DNA of 51,357 nucleotides from the IMG/VR virus record IMGVR_UViG_3300020045_008814, positions 1 through 51,357 of that record. One strand, written 5' to 3'. Source of the stretch: a virus (lineage: Duplodnaviria > Caudoviricetes). Positions 28,755-40,700 of this stretch are shown one piece after another. The stretch's first letter is position 1. Each line of letters starts with the position of its first letter. A program made the translations under genes and the position numbers. The notes below the pieces were generated by a model. That model had not been told where the DNA came from, ran no database searches, and saw nothing but the letters and a program-made list of their open reading frames with translations.

Positions 28755-31700
28755 ATGGATATAAATAAATTATATGACTCAAATTTTGAGCAAAGCGCTA
28801 TTAAACAATTTGATGTAAAGAGCTTATATACTCCAGAAGATATAACTGGTCAGAAGCAACAGAACTTTAATGAATACATGGGTGGAGTTGGTGGTCTAGG
28901 TAAATCTGATTATGACACCAATATATCAAGGCGTGATATTGAAAATTTACCAAAAATACGTGGTGAGAGACAACCTTGGTATGCTCAAGCTGGTGCATTT
29001 ACTAATCAAGCAGTTGTTGGTGAAATTATTGGTGGTACCATAATGAGTTTAGGGGCATTGGCTGATGTTCCAGAAATGATTGGTAATGCTATTGATGGTA
29101 GTGAAAATGAATTTTCTAACTACATATATGAAGCTGGTAAATCAATATCTGACTGGACTCGTAATGTAACTCCAATATATCAGACTGGTGAGAGGTTTGG
29201 TGATTCAGGTTGGTGGTTTCAAAATGGTGTTTCAGTAGCTAGTGCTGGTAGTATGCTAATACCAGGCATGGGCGTGGCTAAAGGTGTTGGAGCATTAGCT
29301 AAACTTGGTAAATTGGGCACTACAGCAACTAATATGGCTCAGACTGGCTTAGGTGCATTATCTATGAGACATGCTGAAAACTTTAGGGAGGCATCTGATG
29401 TTTATAAGAATATTTATAATGATGGTATTAATGCTGGTTTAAATGAAGATAAAGTTAAGCAAGCTGCTAGTAATGCTGCTGCACTTGACTATAATATGAA
29501 CTACGCTAACCTTGCATTTGATATTATTCAAATGGGGGCAATACTTAAACCATTGTCAGGATTAACAAGGAATATTAGTGGAATTAGTGGTAAATTAGCT
29601 ATTGCTGCTGATGAATTATTAACCACAGCTAAATATACTCCAGCAACAAGATTTGGTAAAATAATGAGTAGGATTAAAGATCCTGCAAAAATTGGTTTAT
29701 CAGAATGGACTGAAGGTATTGAAGAAGCTATTAATACTGTGTCACAATTTGAATCAACCAGGCAAGGACAAATTGATTTGGGATTAAAATCTGATGATGG
29801 TTCAGTATTTACAGAGAGATTAGGTAAATACCTTGGTACACAAGAATTACAAGATGCAGCCATGTGGGGTGTAATTGGTGGTTCAGTATTTGGTGGTATA
29901 GGCGAAGCAATACATGGTGAGAAAAAAAATACACAGCAAAGAAAAATAGCTGAATTAGCATCAAGAAATGAAAGAATAAGATCTTACTCAAGTAATATAA
30001 ATAAAGTAGTATCTGATAACACTATTAAGCCAGAAGATAAGACTGGTATTATAGATAGTATTAAAGATAATATGATTAAGGATTTAACATTCTCAGCAGC
30101 AAAAGCTGGTAATATTGATATATTACTAGATCAGGTACAAGACCCTAAATTTATTGCAACTCTTGAAGAGTCAGGATTTGGTTCAAGAGAAGAGCTTCAG
30201 CAAAACATACCAAATATTGTAAATAAAATACAATCCTACGAAAACATCTACACAAAGAATTTTAATAGGTTTTACGAGTCAAATTTGAATCAAAATGTAA
30301 AAAACATCCTAATAGATAAGTACTCAAATTTGGAGTCAAAATTAGATGATAATTTGAATGAAATAAACAAGATAAATTCAAGCTACAATAAATTACTTGT
30401 AAATGATCCTTGGTACAAAGCAAATTCTGCAAACCCAGGTGTTAATGAAGCTATTGAAATGAATTCAATGCAATATGCTAAAATTGCTCTTGAGGATGCA
30501 TTAGAGAATTCTAATGATGAATCAAATAATAGTGTAATAAAAGAAGCTTTAAATAATTTAAATAAAAGTATTTCATCATTTAAACCATTAAATAAACCTG
30601 TTGATATAAGTGCTATTGATAGAAGAGTTATTGAATATAATGCTGAGAAGATTGTTCTTAGTCAATATAATAATGCTTTGTCTGGCAAAATAAGTGAGAT
30701 GGTTAAACCAGAGAATATTAATAAAGAGGCTAAGATTGTTGAGAAAGAATTAGATGACTTTGTTAATGAGATTAAGACAAATAAGCAATCTGCTGATATT
30801 GAAGAATCAAAAGCAAAAGTAAATGAGGCTAAAGATAGGCTTACTGGGCAGTATAGTATTTTAGGTATAGATAATGAAAGTGTTCCAACTATGACTGAAT
30901 ATGAGGGGCGTATGAGTAGTGGTATTGATGAATATTATAATAAAGAAAATCAATTAAAAGACAATGATTTCTACATATTCAGCAAAAGTATTGACTCAAT
31001 TGGCGATGAAATGTTTATTGATAAATATGAAAATTTAAAATCAGACATAGTAGATAGGGTTGATAATTTATTAAGATACTATAACACTGAAAATATCTCA
31101 AGTGACGAAAAAGAATCTATTGGAACCATGCTTAAACTAGAGCATAAAAAATTAAGGCTAATTAATGATAAATTTGATTCAGTAAATATAGAGTATAAAA
31201 GCCCTATAGAGTTAATGGAGTACTCAGACACAACAAAATCTTTGATAGATAAAGAATTATATAATATAAAACAGGAGAGGATAAATGAAGTATTATTAAG
31301 CGAAATAGTTGAGTCTGTAGATGATAATGCTAGAGAGTTTGTTGTAAGAGGAAAGAAATATTATAATTTATATTCATTTTTGTCTAGTCAAAATGGAATT
31401 CCAGGAGCAATAAATATAGACAATAATGGAAATATAGTATCAGTAACATTGTCGGATGAAAATGGGAAAAATGTAACATTTAGAGAAGAGAAAATAGTTG
31501 ATGCTATCTCATATGTTATACTTGTTAAGCAAATTGAGTTATATGAGTCAAATAATAAAATAAACATTGATACACCTGAAGTTAATAATTTAATTGAAGA
31601 CAGTTCTAATGTATTAAATAAAAAACTATATCAACTTAATAATGATTTATATGAAGTAAGTGAAACAATACATTATATAGACAATGAGTTAAAACAGATG

Positions 31701-34700
31701 ATATATGAATACAAATCAATTGGCTACAGTATCCTTGATGCGGAAAAAGATTTAAAATATTCTGAATTAACAAGTCAAAAAGAAAAACTTATCAATATAT
31801 CTAATATTATTATTAGCGAAATATCAAATATAACAAATCAATCAAATGAAAAAGAATCAGTTAAATCAATTAGAGAAGGAATTGAGCGTAAAAACAAGAA
31901 AGATGTTAAAAGGAAGATCATTAAAGGAAAAAAATCAGATATTAATAGGCTTAATAGAACAGTACAACAAGAGATAATTAAGAAAGATATAATAACTGAT
32001 AAAAATTTAATACAAGAGCAAGAATTAGCAAGACAAGAAGAAATGTCTATTCCAATGGAAGAAGAGTTTGCTCAACCTTCAAAAATGAAGCCAGTTGGTG
32101 ATGCCTATGAAGAAAAGAAACAAGCTATTATTGATAATACTAATGCTGTTCTAGAGGCGTATAAAGCTGCTAATAAAGGAGCAATTGATCCACAAGTTAT
32201 TAAAGATGTCGAAGACTATGCTGCTCAACAACTAACTAAACTTGATGCTGATTTTGACGTAGTTAAACCAGTTGAGTTAATTGATAATACTGGATATAAT
32301 GATGGTGAAAATACTGATGTTGAAGAAACTGATATTGAAGTTAAAGAAAGTGATGAATTAGTACTAGATAGTAAAAGAGTAAGTGCTCTTGCATTAAACT
32401 ATCTTGCGGCTCAGTATGAAGTATATGATAAAGGTAATTATAAGCAAACTGTTGATGTAAGTAAAACTGACCCAGAAAAATTAACTGCATCAGAATGGAG
32501 CATGCTAAATCCAGGTAGCAAAGTTGTTGTAAGCCTTGATAGAGATTTTAATGGTGAAGTATATGAGTATTCTAAGGATAATGATGCTGTAAGAAGAGTT
32601 AAAGTTGATAATAAATATTCTACAGTTAAAAAGACTTTCAATGAAATCTATAATGATGATAAAATTAATGCTCCAATAAAAGTTGAATATATTGTTGATA
32701 ATAAAGTTGTATTTAAAGCTTATTTACCAACACTTGACTGGTTGAGATCAGTTAATGAATATAATGAGTATGAAAACTTAGCAAACACAGAAACAAATCC
32801 AGCATTAGATGAGATTGAAAAAGTTGCTAAAATAAGACAAGTTATAACTGAAGGTAGCCTTGATTCAAAGTATAATTTTATTGTTAGCAAGAAAGGCCTT
32901 GGTAAATTAATTCAAAATATTGAAGATGGTAAGAGAGTATATAAACCAATATCAGAATCATTAAAAAACCTAATTAATTCAAAGGATTTTTATAGTGGTA
33001 ATATAAAACCATTCGCAATATATAATAAAGGATTTAAAGTGGGTTTAAATAAGGAATTTTCTGGAAATATAAACCTAACTGAAGAGTCGCTTGATAAATT
33101 ATCAAATAAAACTGGTGGAGTGTTTATAATGGTGCCATCATCAAAGAATGGTATATTTATTCCAGCTCCAGTTAAAACTCCATTACTAACTTCATCAATA
33201 GTAAAACTTGTTGATGAATCTATAATGGCATATGCTTATAAGAATCAAAATCAATTTGTTAAAGACGTAAATAAATATTATAGCCATAATATAATCAATA
33301 GCTCTAATAACCTTAAAGAATTCCTTAGTGAGTTTATATACTTCATGGATATTAATGAGGTTAATAAAACTCATGGTGATAAAGCTTTAAGAATTGGATT
33401 TGATACTAAAAAGTCTGAGATATTAATCAATACTGGTAATGGTAAAAAACCAATTAAACTTGCATTAAATACAGCTACATCAAATCCCACTGAGTTTAAT
33501 TCAAGACTAGAGTTGTTAAAGAATGTTTTGCCAAAAGCAAGATTATCCGTAAAGTTATCTAGGTTGAATTCTGATAATGATTTTTATGAGCCAATACTTA
33601 GTGATGATGGTAGTATATCATTTAATCAAACTACTTATAATAACTTTTTGTCAGCTAATATTAATACTGATTTAACTGAACTTAAAACAAGTAATGGTAA
33701 ATATGTTTACACAGTACAACCAGTTATTAATATTGAGCAAATAAAAGGTGAAGTAGTTGAGCCAAATAAAACTAAATCAGATACAGATAATATAAGTGAT
33801 TTAAAATCAAAACTAAAGTCAAAAATTAAAGGAAACTCTTTTATTGAAGATTCAAAAGATCTTGGTAGAATTGTTGATGAGTTTAGTATTGGTATAGGTA
33901 ATTTAAATACAGTAGAGTACTCATTAAGAGCTGTAAATATATTACAATCTGATAGAGCTAAGCAAATATTTGCTAAAGGAGAAAAAGCTAAGTGGGATTT
34001 AAATAAGATATTAACTGAACTTGCTATACCTAAAGAACAGAAGGAATTACTGTTAGATTTAAATATTACTGATAGAGAGCAGTTAGCTTTAGAATTAGCT
34101 AGTAAATATGGTTATACAGTTGAGGTTAACACCGCTTATAATAAAGCAATCTATCTGGACACAGAGTTTAATGCTGCTGTTCCAGAATGGATGAATAACT
34201 CTTTTTTAGACCAGGAGCAAGTGCCTACTAAAGAACCTAGTAAATACTATTCAAATCTAACAGTACCAGGTGGCATTAATTATACTGAGAATGAAATATC
34301 TACTCCATTAATTACTCCTAGTATTAAAGGTCACGCTCAATTTAGTACAGATAAAGGTATAGGTTGGTTTAGAAGTGATGAAACGGAAAAAAATCAAGAA
34401 TTAATTTCAAAAAAAGGTAGAGAAGAATTTGACGAAATAGTTCAAAAAATATATAACGGAACTGCTACAGAAGAAGATTATAACAGAAGAGATTATTTAA
34501 GAGATAATATATTAAATTATAAAACTCAATCCAAAACTCGTAGAATACTAGAAGTACAATCTGATTTATTTCAAAAAGGTAGAACTGCTAATATATTAGT
34601 TAATACAGAAAAATCTTTTGATGAATATTTAGTTTCGCCAGAAGGATACACTGATTTAACTGAATTAGAAGATGCGGAAGATAGAAAATTATTTGAATTA

Positions 34701-37700
34701 AGAAAAGAACTAAATAATCCACAATTAACACATAAAGAAGCATTAGAATATGTTAGAAAAAATAATAAAAATATAGGAACAAATCAACAAAATCAATTTT
34801 TACAACTCCTTAACAAAGATAATAACTGGGTAACATTCTTTATTAAATCTATTATTCAAGATAGTGCTAAAAAAGGATATGAGAAAATATTATTTCCTAA
34901 AGGTGAAACTGCTGCTAAGGTAGAAGGTCATGAAACTATTGCTGAAAGATTAAAATTTATAAATGCTCAATTAGATATATTAAAGACAAAAGATGGTAAT
35001 AGATTAATTAAAGATGTATTAACACAAGATAACGACTTTAATATTACTATTAGTGCTGATAGAAATAGTATTGTAAACGAAGCTATTGCTGAATTAGAAA
35101 AAGAAAAAGTTAACATTAAATCGCAAGGTATAGAAAAACTTAAACCTATTGAAGCCTTCTATGAAATTAAAGTAGGTAATATATTAGAAAAACAATTCGG
35201 TAAAGATAATGTTAAAACTATTACTGATGAATATGGTAATCAGTGGAGAGAGATTAATGTTGATGTTTTAGATGACATCCAATTATCTATTGGTGTTGAA
35301 CAAGCTGAAAATATTAAAAAGTATTCACTATCATTCTTAGTTAAAGATGGTGATTATGTTTATACATCAAATAAGCAGAATGAAATAACTAAAACTATAG
35401 CTAGTAATATTTATTCTCAATTTATTGATAATGACTCCAATGGAGTTAAAACATCTGTTACACTAGCATTTATGAAAGCCAAGGAAAGCTTTAGTGATCT
35501 TAGAGATGTTGTTAAAGAAATATCTGAATTAACTAAAGATGAAGCTGAATTAATTATTAATGAAGATGAGTTTAAATTTATTGGGTCATATGAAAACTCA
35601 AAAGTTTTAGTTAATGAATTCAATAGGATATTAAAAGATAATGTTTGGAAACAATTTGAGAATCAGGTAATAACTGAGTTAAAGAATCTTAGTATAGATG
35701 TAAAAAGAGGTTCTATCAGTGATTACTCAAGTGTTGATGTTAAGATAATACAAGACTCATTAAATGAAGATTTTGTAGAAGGTAATGATGGTATATATGA
35801 AAAGAGTTATGATGATTTTTCTTCATTCCAGATAGACTCTAAAGATACTGCAAGCTGGAGGGTTAAAATTGCTTTATCTAAAATTAAGGATGGTAAGAGA
35901 AATTTCCTTGGCCTTGCTAATTATTTACCATTTGATACAGTGTTTGATGATTTGCAAGAGATTCTATGGAATACAGATGGAGATATTAATGAGTACGTAA
36001 AAGTATTAAATGAGATAGCTTTAAATAATAAGTCAAAGCAATACATTAATGAGGTTATAAAAATGCTTAAATCACCTGAGACAAGTATTCAGTTAAAGAA
36101 TAATTTTGTTTCAGTTATGCAACGTGCTTTTAATAATTTCCAATTAGTTAAGTGGAAAAAAGGAGTTAGTGGGTGGACATTAAATGTAATAAGTTCAAAT
36201 AGAAATAATGTTGTAAGTAAAATAACTGAAAGCTGGAATGAGAATTTCAAGAATTCTGATTATGTAAAAGATGTCAATGGAGAGTTATTTGTTGATAAGA
36301 ATAAATCAAATAAACTTCTTGAAGAATTAAAAGCATTAACTAATAACCAAGAAAGAAAAGACTTCGTAATAAAGTTATTTAATGAGATTGGTATTGATAT
36401 ACCAGATGCAGCAATTAAAGCACTTACTGATGATTTTACTTTAACATCAAAAAGTTATAATATACATGGAACATTTGCTGATCAGTTTAGTTTTACTAAG
36501 TCTGGGGCGCCAAATGGTATGTTTAGTTCAATAGTTGATTCTATGGCTAGAACAAACACTACTGAAGAAGAAGATGTTGAGTTTGATTCATTTGAGTTAA
36601 ATAACCCATTCATAGGAAGTGACAGTGAAAGTGCAATAAAAGTACTTGCAAATATTGCTTCAAAATACATGCAGAGAACTGAAACTAATACTCATAGGAA
36701 TGTTGATGGTAAACAAATATATGATTACAGTTTCTATACTCCAGAAAGATTAAGAATTGAGAAATTAAATAAAGATGCTTCATTAAGGAACACATTAAAG
36801 AATAGTGTTTATACTGGATTTTCATCATATCTAAATAAACTTGATAATGGTGTTAAATTAGTTTATGACCAGATTGATGGGTTATCCTCAATGAAAGGTG
36901 ATGGTGTTACAAGGGGTAATATGTCATCAAGAGAACAAACATTAACCACTCTTGCTTATTTCCAAAGAGTTAATAATGCAAATACAGTTGGATATGTTGG
37001 ATTAACTCACTCTGATAAAACATTCTCACCAGTTGTTTATTTTGAAAAAGATAATTACTCAGTTGTTCCATCAGATTTAGTTGATGGTAAGGTAACTAAA
37101 GAATCACTTACAGCTAATGTAAAAAGTTCTATTAAGCTACTTGTTCAAGCCGAACAATCAAGGATTAAGAATATAATTGACAAGAAATCTAAAGGGTTAG
37201 TAAATAAAAATGACATTGGTTCTCAGTATTATTATGGAGCTGAATATTTTTACTTCTTTCCATCATTAAATGATGCTGTAAAAGTTGATGGTGATATTTC
37301 TTTAGATAGATTAGATAATACAGAGATGCTAACAAGTCTTGCTCTTGATGAAGTTGTTGATACAATTAATGGAACTATTGATGATTTCAATAACAAAGGA
37401 ATAGTTTACTATGATGAAAAAACAAAGAGGTGGACTACATCATTTAATTCTCAGTATGTAAACAAGCTTGGGTATAGCAAAAAATATTCTAAGAGTGAAG
37501 TAAGTGAGCTTGTTGCAATTGCTGCAACTGATCTTGAAGTTAACTATATGATTCATAATGCTAATATGATGATGTTAGTTCATGGTGACCCTGCATTAGA
37601 ATTTAAAGAAGATGTTAATACAACACTAGTTGAGTATCAGAAGAGACTTGCTAAAGATGCTGCCCCAGGAATGTTAGGTCATTATAATTGGGCTACTGAT

Positions 37701-40700
37701 AAGTATTCTGGGTCAAATAAATATAATGTTATAATAGCTAACGATATTGAGAATGGTACGTTAACTGATGGTTATATTAAGAATATAGAAGCTTATAGTA
37801 AACTTGATAGAACTGATGCTCAAGAACTTACTACACTTGAAGAACACTTAAACGTAATGATTGCTTACGGTAGGATTACTGAAAAGGATTACACTTCAGT
37901 GATGGATAAAATAATGCAAGCAAAGAAAGATGGTTCTTATAATTATGAATTGTCTGAAAATGAGTTAAAATTAATATTCGGGCCGGTTAAACCAGTTCAA
38001 GTATATACAAATTATGATGAACTAACTGGTGTAGATCAAATTTACTATATAAAATCATCATCATATCCATTAATACCACAACTAACAAATGGACTTGATA
38101 TTGATAAAGTAAGAGTTGCTATGGAAAGGGATGGTATTGATAGACTAGCATTTAAATCAGCAACCAAGATTGGGTACAAAAAACTTGCTAAATTAGCTGA
38201 TAATGATGGTAATATACTTAATGATCTAAATTTCAATAATAATGCAATACAATTAGATAGAAGTGGATTCCTAATACAACAAGATATCCCATATGAAGAA
38301 GGTAAGCATAGAATTATAACAATATCACAGATGAATAAACTCTTATTTGAAGGTACTTCTGATATTGAGTTTAATTACAATGGTAAAAAATATAATGGAA
38401 TTGAGCTAAAGAAGTATAAAGAGAGAATTAGATCTAAATTAATGGATCTATCTGCTAGTGAGTTATATGATAGAATGGGTATTCAAGTTATTGATAATGA
38501 ACCAGTGCTTAAAGATTTCACAAAACTCCTTACATCAATTAAGGAAGAAGCTGAAGCAAGAGGCTGGTCAATTAATGATATTGAGAGTTTAAGTATTGAT
38601 GAGAATGGTGATTTAATATTACCACTGTCATTTAATAATTCATCTACAAGAATTGAATCATTAGTATTATCAATGTTTACTAATACCATCATTAAGCAAA
38701 AAATTAATGGTAAGTCACTAGTTCAAGGTACCTCAAGTGGTTTTAAAAATAATGTAAAAACTCTTGATGAAATAAAAGATCAATCAGGGATAGTGTTTAT
38801 TAAAGATAAATTTGATCCTAAAACTGGATTAAAATATCTTGTCCCAGGAGATGCTAATAATAAAACCCAGAGAGCACAAGTATTAATGCCTTGGAAGTTT
38901 GAAGGTGAAATAAAGGATTATTTAGATAAGGATAGATATATTGATACAAACAAGTTTGATAAAGAGTTGTTAAATTTAATTGGAGCAAGGATTCCAAACC
39001 AATCACATTCATCTCAGTTAGCAACTGAGATAGTTGGATTCTTACCAAAATCTATGGGCGACCTAATAATTGTTCCTGGTGAGATAACTAAACAAATGGG
39101 TTCTGACTTTGATGTTGATAAGCTTTATACATATATATATAATTCAACTATAAATAAGGATGGTAGATTGATTAAAATACCTTCAGATATAGTTGACATC
39201 AATGGAGAGGCTATAGTTGAAAAATACAATGATTTTGTACGTAAAAACTATGATGTAGAACCAACTATTGAGCAAATACTTGGTGAGGAATTTATTGAAG
39301 GAAAGGGATTGCCTTTGAGAAATTTTTTAGTAAGAGCTGTTTTAGAGAATGTATACATAGATATTCACAATGTAGTTCTTACTAATAATGAAGTTGCTAA
39401 AAAGTGTTTAACCCCACTTGATGCTGATGACTTAAAGGAAACTGGCGGTAATGCAATGACTAAGATTGATGAAGGTAATTTCTTATCATCAAAAAGACAA
39501 TTAAATGACTTTATTAAGCAAAGAGCTGGTAAATCTGGTGTTGGCGTATATTCAAGAGCTGTAGTTGGAGCCACAGTTATACAGGATTATAATCTAAGTC
39601 TAGTTAAATATGACAAAGATAGCAATGATTTAATACCAAATTATTTTACTGGTTTTGGTTATAAATCTGGTGATAAGACTATTCCATATAAACTACATAA
39701 GTTATCAGGATATGGTAAATCAAAGTTTAATGACTTAACAAGAAGTAAGGTTTATAACTTAATTATACAACAATCTGGTGCAGTAGATAATGCTAAGACG
39801 CCAGTACTTGATATGAATAATCTTAATATGCAGACATTTAATGCTTCAATAGCAATTAGCTTGCTTGAAGATAATAGTGGAAATGCACTTAATCTTGAGT
39901 ATAACTCATACTTTCTGAGACAAGAAATAATTAAGGATTATGTTAAAGAGATTGAAAACATGTCAGATACTTTAAATGAAGAGTATGTTACTGATAGAAA
40001 AGAAGAAGTTAAGAACAAACTTGTTAGAAAATATTTAAATAAAGCTGGATTGAGTGAGTATAATAAATCAAACAAACCATTTGATCCTCAAGCACTAATT
40101 GTATTGCTTAAAAAATATGGTAGTAATGATGTTGGTTATATAAGATATCAATTAGAAATACTTAATAACTTTATGATACTTGATTCAATTGGACAAGAGC
40201 TTAGTGACATATTTACAGCAATATCAACTGACTCAAAAGGCCTTGGCAAATCATTCTGGGAATCTTCAAGGAGACAAGAGCAAATTGAAGACTTGAGTAA
40301 AGTTAAGATGATAATTGGTGCAAATGAATTACTTAAAGATAGTGAGAATGGAAAAATAGCTAATTATGTTAAAGAAGCTAATACTGTAATGGGGCAAATA
40401 TTCCCTTACAATAAAGAGTTTGTGAAATACACTATTGAGTATTTAGAATCACTATCTGGTAAAAATGATAGAGTTGATATTGAATTCAGGAATAAAATAT
40501 GGGAATCAATAAGAATGTTCATTGTAAGTAGTAATGATCTTGATACTTATAGTGATAGAAACAGTGTGTTTATTGGTGATAATTCTCTTGCTAGAAGGAT
40601 TGAAAAAGTTAAAGAATCAGTGAAAGATAATTTGTTTTTAAATAAATTAAGGACTGTTAAATCTACTAAAGTTGGTGATCCTGATTTACTTATATTCTCA

